Source: Treponema sp. UBA1233
Lineage (GTDB): Bacteria > Spirochaetota > Spirochaetia > Treponematales > Treponemataceae
Direction: 5' to 3'
Length of the DNA stretch: 64,000 nt
NCBI GenBank assembly: GCA_002309305.1
Contig: DBWR01000070.1
Coordinates: forward strand, 87,121 to 151,120
Under the pieces are notes generated by a model. That model ran no database searches. It was not told the origin of the DNA and saw only the letters and a program-made list of their open reading frames with translations. Of this stretch, positions 31,706-42,532 are shown piece after piece; the first letter of the stretch is position 1, and each line of letters begins with the position of its first letter. The position numbers were made by a program, and so were the translations under genes.

Positions 31706-32644
31706 TTATCTACTTGATTTTATTTTCTTATACATCCTAGGAAAATGTAAAGCCAATTGTAATTTAAGTTTTAAAAACAACGGGGCGGAAGATTCCCTAA
31801 AGAATTCTTTTACGTAATGCTTCCATTTTCTACAATAGATTGGATAATCAATAAAAGTGTTAATCATGTCTCCACCTATGTAATTCCAAGCATATTCTGC
31901 AAGTTCTTTTTCATTAACAGAATTAAAAAAACGGGCCCTCTCCATACCGGCCCAAATTGAGTCATCAAGATTCTTAAAAGATTTGGTATGGCAGATGCTG
32001 TTCTCGTTTACAGAGTTTACGTAATATAGAGGCATTTTTGACGATGCGATTTTTTTCGAGGTATATAAAAATTTACAAATGGTAGCAGAATCTTCATAAT
32101 TGCGGCCATCCGGAAACTGCTTTACTTCTTGACGTTTGTATAGTTTTGCCCAGGCCATCGTAGAAACCTTTTGTGTTGTAAACAGTTCTTTGCAAGCTTC
32201 TTTTCCATCCATAACAAAAACAGGATATTCGAAATCGTCAGGTTTAGGAATGAAATTTTCCGTCTGTATTGGATCATAAGAAACGCATGAGATGTCGGCG
32301 TTATTTTGAATAAGCATTTCATATAGTTTTTCGATATATACTGATGATATAAAATCATCCGAATCTACATAAGAAATTAACTCTCCCTTTGAGTGGGAAA
32401 AAGCAAAATTACGGGCAGAGGAAAGGCCTCCATTTTGTTTATGAAGAACAATAATTCTGGAATCCTTTTTTGCCCATTCATCACACAGTGCCGGACAATT
32501 GTCTGGGCTACCATCATCCACAAGAATGATTTCGAGGTTTTTGTATGTTTGGTTAACAACGCTGTTTATACAACGGTGCAGATATTTTTCAACATTATAG
32601 ACAGGAATAATAATGCTTATAAGTGGTCCAGAAGAATCTATCAT
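31706..32644 (-). CDS. GT2 glycosyltransferase (EpsH/EpsJ-like)
   Basis: IPVYNVEKYL, VDDGSPD, NGGLSSARN, VDSDD. Confidence 0.9.
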   Translation of the reverse strand: MIDSSGPLISIIIPVYNVEKYLHRCINSVVNQTYKNLEIILVDDGSPDNCPALCDEWAKKDSRIIVLHKQNGGLSSARNFAFSHSKGELISYVDSDDFISSVYIEKLYEMLIQNNADISCVSYDPIQTENFIPKPDDFEYPVFVMDGKEACKELFTTQKVSTMAWAKLYKRQEVKQFPDGRNYEDSATICKFLYTSKKIASSKMPLYYVNSVNENSICHTKSFKNLDDSIWAGMERARFFNSVNEKELAEYAWNYIGGDMINTFIDYPIYCRKWKHYVKEFFRESSAPLFLKLKLQLALHFPRMYKKIKSSR

Positions 32645-32768
32645 ACTGTTTATTATAGCACAACTAAATATAAAAGAAAAGCATATGTATTGATTTTTAT
32701 ATACTTTGACTATATACTAAATTAGATAAATATGTAAATACTATAGATGGTATGGAGATTTTTCCTTT

Positions 32769-33923
32769 ATGAAAATAGGATTGTATATAAAGGATATTTT
32801 ATACGCAACAGGCGGAACAGAAAGCTATACCGTTCGCATGGCACAGATATTGACATCAATATATCAGGATGCGGAGATATATTTTGTATCAGAGTGTTAT
32901 GACAAAAAGAATGTCCCGGCTAATAATGAATTTGTTAAAATTTTGAACTCAAAATATGGCACGAAACTTGATGATAAGAGTATTTCCCTCCTACCTATTC
33001 ATGGTTTCTATAAAAATAAAATTAGATCGATGTTGCTTAGGAAAAAAATAGAAAATGCTTCAAAATCATTTGATTTGTTTTTCTATTGTAGCAGGGGTCA
33101 TTATACGTTTAAGGCCAAGAAAAATATTGCTATAATTCATTTTCCAATGGAAAAACTTGAAAATATCCATAATAAATCAAATTTCATCATAAAAAGAATT
33201 ATGGCTCATAAAGATACCGTATATGCAAATAGTTACGATATGTTTCTTCCTAATTCAATTTTCACCCAAGGTTTCATGAAAAAAAAATGGCCAGAGATAC
33301 CTGAAAGTAAAATAAAGTTGTTATACCCTCCTGTAATACAGATTCCTCAAATCAATTGTGAAAGAAAAAATCAGATATTTGTATGCTCAAGAATAGAACG
33401 CGACAAGAATTTAGAATCACTTATCGATGCTTTTAGAAAATCAGACTTTCTGACTTCAAATTATTCCCTTGTTATTGCAGGAGGTTCTGATGAGGGTAGC
33501 TTATATCTGCCGGAACTTCAAGACTATGCAAAAGGATGCAATATCAAAATTTTTGAAAATGCGACTTTTAATCAAATTTCACAATTCTATAATGAGTCAA
33601 CATTCTTCTGGCATTGCAAGGGGTATGGGGTTGATGAAAACAAAGATCCTTATAAATGCGAACATTTTGGTATAACAACAGTTGAGGCAATGTCAGTCGG
33701 TTGCATTCCGGTTGTAATTAATAAGGGTGGTCAAAAAGAAATTGTCACAGATAACTGTGGAGAAAAATGGTTGACTTTAGAAGAATTGATAGAAAAAACG
33801 GAAAAGCTGGCAAAAAATTCGCTTCTTCAAAAGGAGTATTCAGAAAACTGCAGAAAAAGAGCTAAAGATTTTCTCATAGATGCTTTTTCTGAAAATCTTA
33901 ATAAGTTGCTGGGAACCGAATAA
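32769..33923 (+). CDS. GT4 glycosyltransferase
   Basis: SRIERDKN, EHFGITTVEAM, GGQKEIV. Confidence 0.88.
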   Translation: MKIGLYIKDILYATGGTESYTVRMAQILTSIYQDAEIYFVSECYDKKNVPANNEFVKILNSKYGTKLDDKSISLLPIHGFYKNKIRSMLLRKKIENASKSFDLFFYCSRGHYTFKAKKNIAIIHFPMEKLENIHNKSNFIIKRIMAHKDTVYANSYDMFLPNSIFTQGFMKKKWPEIPESKIKLLYPPVIQIPQINCERKNQIFVCSRIERDKNLESLIDAFRKSDFLTSNYSLVIAGGSDEGSLYLPELQDYAKGCNIKIFENATFNQISQFYNESTFFWHCKGYGVDENKDPYKCEHFGITTVEAMSVGCIPVVINKGGQKEIVTDNCGEKWLTLEELIEKTEKLAKNSLLQKEYSENCRKRAKDFLIDAFSENLNKLLGTE

Positions 33924-33924
33924 T

Positions 33925-34854
33925 ATGAAAATGAAGATTTCACTTTATAAAGAAAACGCAAGTATTGAAGATGACAATCTTGTATCCCCGGATGTGGTTC
34001 AAAATAGATTTGGAACTGTATACGGGGCTTATACAATGTTGCTTTTGGAACGTGATAGTGGAGAAAAGTTTTATATACCATTTCATCAAGATGTAAATAA
34101 AGGCTACATAGGAATAATTCTAACTCCACTAGAAAAAGATGAGATAAAATCCCTTGCTAAATATATTTTTTCAAATTACAAGTCAATAAAACAATTGTCC
34201 TGTGAATACAGCCTTCAAAAAATTTCTGGATTTACCCGTAACTATCCGACAAATCAATTTCACCTTGTTCTTCCAGCAACAAAAGAAGCGTTGTGGGAAA
34301 GAATGTCATCAAAATCCAAACAGACATTAAGGCGTAAACACAATCATTTGTTAAATCAATTTGAATCAGAACCAGAATTCTTGCATTACACAATGGCTCA
34401 GGGGATTCCGGATGAAATTGTTGAGGCTTTTTTCTCCTTCAAGAAGTCATTAATGGATAGGGAATATGGTCTGACGGCACAAGAATATTTAAGACAGTAT
34501 TTTGTAACAGATGCCTATGTTTGGAAGATTGCAACATCCTCTAATGACAGTAAAGAAAAGTATTTATCCATGGTATTTACATGTGAGCAAGGCCAGAATG
34601 TATATCTCGAAAACTTAAGTTATAATCCGACCTATCAGAAAGAATCTCCGGGATTTCTATTATACAGTAAAGTAGTAGAGGAACTCATTCAGAAGGGCAA
34701 GAAAGAGTTTTTTTTAGGAAAAGAAAAGAGAGATTATAAACAAAAATTTGATTCATTAAATACAATATGCTACGACTCAATTATTTTCAAATCAATCCCT
34801 GGTTATCTGGAATTCATTTTTAAGAAAGTCATAAAAAAGATATTTAGGAGTTAG
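33925..34854 (+). CDS. GNAT Acetyltransf_6 (CelD/Fem-like) protein
   Basis: Start refined to ATG 33925; SSKSKQTLRRK, SYNPTYQKESPGFLLY, FFLG, YKQKF. Confidence 0.7.
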   Translation: MKMKISLYKENASIEDDNLVSPDVVQNRFGTVYGAYTMLLLERDSGEKFYIPFHQDVNKGYIGIILTPLEKDEIKSLAKYIFSNYKSIKQLSCEYSLQKISGFTRNYPTNQFHLVLPATKEALWERMSSKSKQTLRRKHNHLLNQFESEPEFLHYTMAQGIPDEIVEAFFSFKKSLMDREYGLTAQEYLRQYFVTDAYVWKIATSSNDSKEKYLSMVFTCEQGQNVYLENLSYNPTYQKESPGFLLYSKVVEELIQKGKKEFFLGKEKRDYKQKFDSLNTICYDSIIFKSIPGYLEFIFKKVIKKIFRS

Positions 34855-34856
34855 TT

Positions 34857-35792
34857 GTGTTCGGGATAAAAACTAAAATCAAAAGATGTATAGCGCATTG
34901 TATTGGGGCAAGTTTTAAATCGACCGGGAAAAAGACTCTGGAAGAACTCCCGCTCAATAAAAAGATTAAGCTTTATATTCCAACGTATGACAACAGCAAT
35001 CAAATAGTTCATCCGGATATTCTTTTGCGCGACGAATCTCCCAAATATGTTCTCGCTTTTACCCCTTATCCAAATACAAATGACAAATATGAAAATCCTT
35101 CCATTGCGGTTTCTGATGACGGCATTCATTTTATGGAGGAAAAGAAGGGAATTAATCCGCTGGTTCCCGCTCCTGAAAAAGACCACAATGATGATCCCGA
35201 CATATATTTTCATAACGGAATGTACCAGATTCTTTATTTGGAGACAGTGCGTCCAGATTATCAGAATTTGATGTTGCTCACAAGCTCGGACAGACTGAAT
35301 TGGGAAAAGGAGATCCTTAGGCATGAACAATTAAATGGTAGAAATGATGGCTTTATGCTTTCCCCTGCTGTTGTATACAATGACCGTGAGTGTTTTTTAT
35401 TTGCCGTGCATAAAGATTTAACAAACGGTAATACGCTTTACGCTGTCAAGGGGAATGATATTCATTCAATAAACTTCGAAAATAAAATTGAGCTGAGTAC
35501 AATTCCAAACGATTTGCAGCCTTGGCATGTTGATGTTTTTAAAGATGGCAAGGACGGTTATGTAATGCTTTTGTGTATGGTTTCACCATATTCTTGTGAA
35601 CAAAAAGAATATAGCCTTTTTATAGGAACGAGCAATAATCTAATTGACTGGAAATTCCAAGAAACTCCGGTTATTAAAAATTGTTATCGCTCAAGTGGAT
35701 TCGTAAGAAATAGTATTCTGTACATATATTTTTCAAGTAATATCTATGCTGATGTCTGGAAAACAGGATTGTATAAGATCAATTGGAATTGA
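34857..35792 (+). CDS. Five-bladed beta-propeller, glycoside-hydrolase-like protein
   Basis: HPDI, FTPYP, ENPSI-VSDDG, HNDDPDI, LSPAV and PWHVDV blade motifs; no signal peptide. Confidence 0.5.
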   Translation: MFGIKTKIKRCIAHCIGASFKSTGKKTLEELPLNKKIKLYIPTYDNSNQIVHPDILLRDESPKYVLAFTPYPNTNDKYENPSIAVSDDGIHFMEEKKGINPLVPAPEKDHNDDPDIYFHNGMYQILYLETVRPDYQNLMLLTSSDRLNWEKEILRHEQLNGRNDGFMLSPAVVYNDRECFLFAVHKDLTNGNTLYAVKGNDIHSINFENKIELSTIPNDLQPWHVDVFKDGKDGYVMLLCMVSPYSCEQKEYSLFIGTSNNLIDWKFQETPVIKNCYRSSGFVRNSILYIYFSSNIYADVWKTGLYKINWN

Positions 35793-35797
35793 CACGA

Positions 35798-36970
35798 TTA
35801 TCTTGCAGAATCCACTAAAACATCTTTATAGATATTGTATATCCTTTCACAAATTGCATCGGCGGAAAAGACCCTCGCCGCATATTCTTGCATTTCTGAA
35901 GAATTATACGATGTGTAATTCTCCTTCATGCTTACTAGGGCATTGAAAAGCTCGTCCTCATTTCCTGGCTCGACCAGGATACCGTTGCTTTCATTGACAA
36001 AGGAATCTGGTCCTCCGGTTCTGGATGCAATAACGGGGCGCCCTACGTACATGGATTCCGCCAGAACTATGCCGAAAGTCTCGAATCGGCTCGGAAGAAC
36101 GAAACAAGAGCTCCGGGCCATGTATTTGTATACCTCATCATGGGGAATCCTGCCTAAAAGCTCCAGACTATTGTTTATTCCTAACATCTTTGCCTGCTCT
36201 TTCAGCGCATTTTGTCCATCTTCCGTAAGGCCTCCGATTACTAAGACTCCACGGTGTTTTTCCAAAAATCTTGCAAACGCATTTAAAAGGACGTCAAATC
36301 CCTTTACCTTTATGTCATATCCTAACGAAAAGAAAGTGAATACCTCATTTTGCTTGATTCCCTCAAATGTGGAACGCGGAACTTCCTTTACGATGTTGAA
36401 AACGACTTTGACATCTTTTTTTGAATATACCTGTATTTTCTTAGCCAAACCATTTCCAACCGCAATTACAGATTTCGCATTATCAAAAACAGTCGGCAAA
36501 TACTTTTTTTCTGTCGCCCCAATTCTGTTTCTAAAATAGGCGGATGAATGCTCCGTAATTACATAGGGAATTTTCATTTTGCTAATGGCATACCAGATGC
36601 CTGAAAATTGTGTGGAATGTATATGTATAAGGTCGAATTTGATTCCAAGGAGCTTTTGAGCCTGCAGAATCAGTTTCTTCAAAAAAGCTGATCCTCGCCT
36701 GAAATTGATTTCTTCCAGCTTTGGAAAATGAAACATCCTGGCTCTTACTGTCGTTATTCCGTCATCTTCTGAGACGGTTATTTTTTTTATGCCGGAATAT
36801 ACACCAATTTCTTTTATGTTATATTGTTGAAGGGCTATGATAGTGACAGTGGCTTCAATTCCATTCTTTGTAAAATAATCAAGAAGTGCATGAGCTTGCT
36901 CTTTAAAAAAAAGTCCCCTGACAGGATTATCCGGTGTATCGTACCAAGATGGGATTACAAGTAGATTCAT
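35798..36970 (-). CDS. GT4 glycosyltransferase
   Basis: Start refined to ATG 36970 (MNLLVIPSWY); PSRFETFGIVLAES, GGPDSFV. Confidence 0.88.
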   Translation of the reverse strand: MNLLVIPSWYDTPDNPVRGLFFKEQAHALLDYFTKNGIEATVTIIALQQYNIKEIGVYSGIKKITVSEDDGITTVRARMFHFPKLEEINFRRGSAFLKKLILQAQKLLGIKFDLIHIHSTQFSGIWYAISKMKIPYVITEHSSAYFRNRIGATEKKYLPTVFDNAKSVIAVGNGLAKKIQVYSKKDVKVVFNIVKEVPRSTFEGIKQNEVFTFFSLGYDIKVKGFDVLLNAFARFLEKHRGVLVIGGLTEDGQNALKEQAKMLGINNSLELLGRIPHDEVYKYMARSSCFVLPSRFETFGIVLAESMYVGRPVIASRTGGPDSFVNESNGILVEPGNEDELFNALVSMKENYTSYNSSEMQEYAARVFSADAICERIYNIYKDVLVDSAR

Positions 36971-37077
36971 AGCTTGCATATTATAGCAGATATATATTTT
37001 TTTGAAAATATCGGAAAGAGTTTTTTTGTATGGATCTCTGATTATTTGACAGGTTAATTGGACTCCAGTGAAATTTC

Positions 37078-37106
37078 TTGATTGATTTCTCTAATAGTTG
37101 TATACT
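37078..37106 (+). promoter_or_regulatory. Probable leaderless promoter of ugd
   Basis: TTGATT-17 nt-TATACT ending 6 nt before ATG 37113; no SD. Confidence 0.55.
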
Positions 37107-37112
37107 ATTCTT

Positions 37113-38297
37113 ATGAACATCACGGTAGCAGGAACAGGCTATGTCGGCCTTTCAATTTCAATTCTTTTAGCGCAGAACAATGATGTGACTGCATGTGACA
37201 TCATTCAGTCGAAGGTTGATTTGATCAACAACAAGAAATCTCCGATTGTTGACAAGGAAATTTCGGAATATTTGGCTTCTAAAAGTCTTAATATCACCGC
37301 CACTTGTGACTCAGATATTGCCTATAACAATCCTGATTATGTGGTAATTGCAACTCCAACGAACTATGACTCTGAAAAAAACTTTTTTGACACTTCATCC
37401 ATAGAGGCCGTGCTTTCCATCGTGGAAAAGAAATGCCCGGAAACGACGGTTGTAATAAAATCAACAATACCAGTTGGTTATACGGAAAGCTTGCTAAAGA
37501 GATATAAAATTCGGAACATTCTGTTTTCTCCTGAATTCTTGAGGGAAGGACATGCCTTATATGACAACCTTTATCCCAGCCGCATTGTCGTAAGCTATCC
37601 CAAGGAACGTCCAGAATTAAACGAAAAAGCCAGGGAATTTGCAAGTCTTTTACGTGATGGAGCAATAAAAAAGGAGGTTGAGGTTCTTACTCCTAATTGT
37701 ACTGAAGCCGAGGCAATAAAGCTTTTTGCAAATACATACCTTGCCCTTAGAGTTGCATATTTTAACGAACTGGACACCTATGCGGAGGTAAGGGGACTTG
37801 ACACAAAGCAGATAATCCAGGGAATAAGCCTGGATCCAAGAATAGGGGATTTTTACAACAACCCTTCATTTGGATATGGAGGATACTGTCTTCCAAAGGA
37901 TACAAAGCAGCTTCTTGCAAACTTCAATTCAGTCCCTCAGAACCTCATTCAGGCAATAGTTGATTCAAACAGAACAAGAAAAGAATTTATCGCCGCACAA
38001 ATCCTTGCTAAAAGGCCAAATACGGTCGGTATTTACCGCCTTACGATGAAGGCAAACAGCGACAATTTCCGCCAGAGTTCCATACAGGACATCATGAAGA
38101 TTCTCCGTGGGGAGGGAATCAGGGTTGTGATTTATGAGCCGACCTTAAAGTCGGATGATTTTGAGAAGTATCCTGTAAACAATGATATTAAGTCATTTAC
38201 GTCTGAGTGCGACATGATTCTTGCGAACCGGATGGCCGATGAGTTGAAGGAAGTACAGGACAAGGTTTATACAAGGGATTTGTATTCGCGGGATTAG
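37113..38297 (+). CDS. ugd: UDP-glucose 6-dehydrogenase
   Basis: GTGYVG, PEFLREG, GYGGYCLPKD, NFRQSSI. Confidence 0.95.
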   Translation: MNITVAGTGYVGLSISILLAQNNDVTACDIIQSKVDLINNKKSPIVDKEISEYLASKSLNITATCDSDIAYNNPDYVVIATPTNYDSEKNFFDTSSIEAVLSIVEKKCPETTVVIKSTIPVGYTESLLKRYKIRNILFSPEFLREGHALYDNLYPSRIVVSYPKERPELNEKAREFASLLRDGAIKKEVEVLTPNCTEAEAIKLFANTYLALRVAYFNELDTYAEVRGLDTKQIIQGISLDPRIGDFYNNPSFGYGGYCLPKDTKQLLANFNSVPQNLIQAIVDSNRTRKEFIAAQILAKRPNTVGIYRLTMKANSDNFRQSSIQDIMKILRGEGIRVVIYEPTLKSDDFEKYPVNNDIKSFTSECDMILANRMADELKEVQDKVYTRDLYSRD

Positions 38298-38298
38298 T

Positions 38299-39468
38299 AT
38301 GCTTAAGATTGTTTTTATTACGGCACATAACTGGGATACTAAAAGACAAGGGGGCTTTCATAAATTCGCGGAAGCTGCTTGTCTTGCGGGCATGGAGACG
38401 GTCTTCTTTAGTTTTCCCCGACCTTACTATGGATTGTTTATGCACCGTGAGCAGATAAATAAGTCCGTAATAAAAACATTGTCGAAGGGGGGAAAATATC
38501 CTGTCTCCAGAGAAGGGAATTCTCCAGAGCTGTTGAATGTCACTTTTCCGACATTCAGGGTTCCAGACAGCATGGGACATTTTTTGCCTGAGAAACTCAT
38601 GAATTGGCTTCTGACACATTCTTTTAGAAGCTTTAAGAGCTTTTGCAAAAAATATCTTTCCGGTGCTGATTGTTTTGTCTTTGAATCCTGTGAGGGAGTT
38701 GCTTTTATTGACTCGCTTAAAAAGCTTTTTCCCGATGCAAGGATGGTTTACCGTCCGAGTGATCCAATGGTCTATGCCGCTGTTCCTGAGCGCGTAAAGA
38801 GAATGGAGAGAAACATTCTTTATAAGGCAGATTTGAGTCTCATTGTGAATCAGGAAGGAATTGAGGCTTATAGAAAATCGATTCCGGATTTTGATTCCAA
38901 AGTGAAATATCAGGTTTTGGCAAATGGAATAGACATTGATTCCTACACAAAAAAATATGACTGTCCCGAACTTTTAAAGGACAAAAAATCAGTCCTATAT
39001 GTGGGAGCATGGGAAGTTGAATGGCCGCTTTTGTTCAAAGCCTGTGAATCTGATCCTGACTTCAATTACATTGTGGTGTGTCCGAATTATCCTTCACAGG
39101 ATATTCAAAAGAGGATAAGGGATTATAATAACCTGTATTATGTTCCCGGAATTAAACCGTTTGAGGTTCCTGCCTGGATTACAAACTGCAATGTCGTGAT
39201 GGTGCCTTATGTCACAGATTTCTATAAAGACCGGCCCCTCGGCATTACAGCAAAATACTATCAGGCTATGGCGGCGCATAAACCTGTCGTTGCTTATTGC
39301 GATACGCCTAAGCTTGAGGACGCTGGGGTTGTTGTGACGTATGAATATGAGGATTTTATATTGGAAGTTCGGAAAGCAATGAAAAAATCTATCTGTGATT
39401 ATAACTATGACTTGAATGGCCGCGAATGGAAAGAAATATGCAGAAAATTCATTTATTTATGCAGTTAA
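38299..39468 (+). CDS. GumK-like GT-B glycosyltransferase, possible glucuronosyltransferase
   Basis: FITAH...RQGGFH, YRPSDP, NGID; adjacent to ugd. Confidence 0.65.
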   Translation: MLKIVFITAHNWDTKRQGGFHKFAEAACLAGMETVFFSFPRPYYGLFMHREQINKSVIKTLSKGGKYPVSREGNSPELLNVTFPTFRVPDSMGHFLPEKLMNWLLTHSFRSFKSFCKKYLSGADCFVFESCEGVAFIDSLKKLFPDARMVYRPSDPMVYAAVPERVKRMERNILYKADLSLIVNQEGIEAYRKSIPDFDSKVKYQVLANGIDIDSYTKKYDCPELLKDKKSVLYVGAWEVEWPLLFKACESDPDFNYIVVCPNYPSQDIQKRIRDYNNLYYVPGIKPFEVPAWITNCNVVMVPYVTDFYKDRPLGITAKYYQAMAAHKPVVAYCDTPKLEDAGVVVTYEYEDFILEVRKAMKKSICDYNYDLNGREWKEICRKFIYLCS

Positions 39469-39496
39469 TTAATTTCATCAAATAGGAGTTTGGAAT

Positions 39497-41242
39497 ATGT
39501 TTTTTATCAAGCCGACAAGAAAAACACTTTTTTTGTTTGTATTTTTTTTGTTGTGTTTCGTGGCGAGCCTGATTATGTCTACGAGCGTTTTCAATTCTTT
39601 TGCCATCGAAACCGTCCAAAAACTGACTGGCAAGGTTCTCCGTGACCCCTATAAATGGTCCTGTGCCGTCTATAACTGTGTTCATATGCCGTTGTTTGTT
39701 TCCATAGTTCTTTTATTCTTAAAATTTACTTTCATTGGAAATTCAATTTGCGAGTCTAAAGGACAGATATATAAAAAATTTGGGGAGACATTTGCTCAAA
39801 AAAAGAATATCATTTTCTCTTTACTTCTAGTCGTCTTTTTCTTTATTGCCTATTATAAAATTATCAACGCGGATTTTTATTATATGGATGATATGGCCAG
39901 AAACATGGGAGCTGATGACTCTGGCTGGATGGCTTATGGACGGTACATTTCAGAATTTGGATCTGTGCTTGTTCACGGCTCGTTTCCTTTAACAGACATT
40001 GGCCCGCTTTCCCAAATCATTTCAGTTATCATTTTTGCATTTACAGTTTTTACACTATCTTATATTATATGTGGAAATGATATAAGAATACTTCCGACCC
40101 TTGGATTATCCTTGCTTTTCATTTCTCCTTTCTTCAGCCAGTGTTTTTCTTATCGCTATGATAATCCATACATGACGCTTTCCATTCTGTTTGCGATTCT
40201 ACCATTTCTTTTTTGTGAAGATAAGAAATCGTTCATATATACATCGATAATATTCCTTATTCTTTCTTGCATGTCATATCAGGCTGGAACTAGTGTTTAC
40301 GTAGTTGTCTGTATGTATCTCGTGCTTAAAAAAATCATTAATGGGAAAAAGGAAAATATTGTCAGCTTTATAATCATTTCAGTTATTTCTTTTGCTCTGG
40401 CTCTTGTGATTTATCAGCTCTTATTTAATTGTTCTGGAAATCCGAAGTTTTCCAAGCCAGAAGATGTAGGGCTGGCTTCTACAGGATTTTCTGTTTCAAG
40501 AATAATTCCAAATTTAAAAATATACTCATCTTTTGTTCTGAAAAATTTCGGAGGACATATATTCAAACTTTGTTTCATAATAACTCTTCTAATGTTTGTT
40601 ATTTTGAACATTGTAAAATCAAAGGTTAGCAAATTAGTCTCATTTTTTGTTCTTGCCATTTTCATCGTTGCGGGTTTTATTCTTTCACTTGGGGCATATC
40701 TTGTTTTTGAAGCTTCAATGATTGCACCTCGCGTCCTTATGGGCTTCAATTGTTTCGTGTCCCTAATAGTCTTTGATTCATTGTTTATGATTTCTGAGAA
40801 AACTCAAAAATTCAGGAAAATTTTGTTCGTACCGGCCATCCTATGTGTCTATTTATCCGTCGCATTTTTGTATACATATGGGAACTGTCTTACGCAGCAG
40901 AAAGATTATTCTGATTTCCGAATGCATGCCTTAATTTATGATTTGAGTGAATATATAAGCACTGAATCCAAAGAAGTAAAAGTTTCGCTCAATGGTTCTG
41001 CAGGTTACTGTAAGTCTTATGACAATGCCCGAAGACAATATCCTATTCTTAACTCTCTTGTTATGAGGTTTCCAGGATCGAATATGTGGGACAAGGATTA
41101 TGCATATAAGTTTAATTTCATTTTTGAAGATGCCTATGTTTCTGAGGTTCCATCTGATTTTATGCAATTGAAAGATTCAAAATTGCATACCATTTTTGCT
41201 TCTCCTGACAGAAAAATTTTTTATGTGGAATTAAGGGAATAG
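39497..41242 (+). CDS. Second GtrII-like (GT-C) glucosyltransferase-domain protein
   Basis: YMDDMAR, FSYRYDNPYM, SYQAGTS; paralogous to 1157-2902. Confidence 0.75.
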   Translation: MFFIKPTRKTLFLFVFFLLCFVASLIMSTSVFNSFAIETVQKLTGKVLRDPYKWSCAVYNCVHMPLFVSIVLLFLKFTFIGNSICESKGQIYKKFGETFAQKKNIIFSLLLVVFFFIAYYKIINADFYYMDDMARNMGADDSGWMAYGRYISEFGSVLVHGSFPLTDIGPLSQIISVIIFAFTVFTLSYIICGNDIRILPTLGLSLLFISPFFSQCFSYRYDNPYMTLSILFAILPFLFCEDKKSFIYTSIIFLILSCMSYQAGTSVYVVVCMYLVLKKIINGKKENIVSFIIISVISFALALVIYQLLFNCSGNPKFSKPEDVGLASTGFSVSRIIPNLKIYSSFVLKNFGGHIFKLCFIITLLMFVILNIVKSKVSKLVSFFVLAIFIVAGFILSLGAYLVFEASMIAPRVLMGFNCFVSLIVFDSLFMISEKTQKFRKILFVPAILCVYLSVAFLYTYGNCLTQQKDYSDFRMHALIYDLSEYISTESKEVKVSLNGSAGYCKSYDNARRQYPILNSLVMRFPGSNMWDKDYAYKFNFIFEDAYVSEVPSDFMQLKDSKLHTIFASPDRKIFYVELRE

Positions 41243-41247
41243 ATTTT

Positions 41248-42303
41248 ATGATTATTATAAACGCTTCGTTTTTATGCAGGAATTTAACGGGAATAGAGAG
41301 GTTCGCTTTTGAGATTTGCAAGAGGCTGGATTATCTTATTCAGAAAGATGAAATCTGGATATATGTTCCTCACAATGCAAAAAAAATTCCGGATTATAAA
41401 AACATAAAGATCATTGTTTCTGAGAAAGAGCTTACAAGTTTTCCCGTCTGGGATCATTTTATCTTTTCTAAATTCGTGAAAAAAAATCAAGGAATTTCTT
41501 TGGATTTTGCTAACGTCACGTCTCTTTTTACACCAGGATATGTCTTTATACATGATATATATGCGAAGCTTTATCCAAGTGATTTTGTGGGCTTTAAAGA
41601 CAAACTCAGGCGATTTTACATGTGCTGGATGTATAGGCACGCTGCAAGGAGGGCGAAAAAAATTTTTACGGTTTCAGAATTCAGCAAAAGACAGATAACA
41701 GAGACCTATAGGATTTCATCCGATAGAATTTCAGTCATTCCAAATGGATGGGAGCACTTCGAATCAGTTAATTCTGATCCTTCTATATTTGAAAGTTTTC
41801 CACAGCTGAAGAAAGGAGAGTATTATTTTACCCTAGGAAGCCTTCAAAAGCGTAAGAACCTGAAATGGATCTTAGAATATGCAATAAAAAATCCGTCTGA
41901 GAAGTTTGCAATTTCCGGCAAAGTCATTAACGGAATGCAGAGTGATGAACTATCGGCTTTGAGGAAGCTTCCAAACGTAATCCTTTTGGGTTACGTGTCA
42001 GATGAAAATGTTAAGTCCCTTATGCAAAACTGCAAGGCATTCGTTTTCCCAAGCTATTACGAGGGATTCGGAATTCCCCCTCTGGAAGCCCTTTCTGTAG
42101 GAGCAAAAATTGTTGTGGGAAATGCGGCAAGCCTGCCGGAGATATACAAAGGAACTGCTCTTTACATAGACCCCTATAGCACGGACTGTACTATAAAAGA
42201 ATTGCTTAAAAAGAAAACGGATGCGCCAGATATGGTTCTAAGTGAATATACCTATGACAAAGCCGCGAAAAAGTTGTATAAGGCAATGAAAGGAAATTCT
42301 TAG
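41248..42303 (+). CDS. GT4 glycosyltransferase
   Basis: LTGIERFA, TVSEFSK, LGSLQKRKN, PSYYEGFGIPPLEA. Confidence 0.9.
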   Translation: MIIINASFLCRNLTGIERFAFEICKRLDYLIQKDEIWIYVPHNAKKIPDYKNIKIIVSEKELTSFPVWDHFIFSKFVKKNQGISLDFANVTSLFTPGYVFIHDIYAKLYPSDFVGFKDKLRRFYMCWMYRHAARRAKKIFTVSEFSKRQITETYRISSDRISVIPNGWEHFESVNSDPSIFESFPQLKKGEYYFTLGSLQKRKNLKWILEYAIKNPSEKFAISGKVINGMQSDELSALRKLPNVILLGYVSDENVKSLMQNCKAFVFPSYYEGFGIPPLEALSVGAKIVVGNAASLPEIYKGTALYIDPYSTDCTIKELLKKKTDAPDMVLSEYTYDKAAKKLYKAMKGNS

Positions 42304-42392
42304 CTGGAGATGTTTTATACAATCACAAATATCTGATCTTTGCGTTTTTTTAGTTAACTTAGAAAGATTTTTTGAAAGTAAGTAAACAAGAC

Positions 42393-42421
42393 TTGCAGAA
42401 AAGCATGAAAAATTTTATAAT
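42393..42421 (+). promoter_or_regulatory. Sigma70-type promoter of the second CotH gene
   Basis: TTGCAG-17 nt-TATAAT. Confidence 0.6.
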
Positions 42422-42532
42422 ACATTTTGTTTATGGATATGTTTTATATTTCTGACTAGGTCACCTTATAAGCTATCGATAAAAAGGTCAAGTTTGCTTT
42501 GACTGAAAAAAGATAAAAAGGAGTAAATCCTA

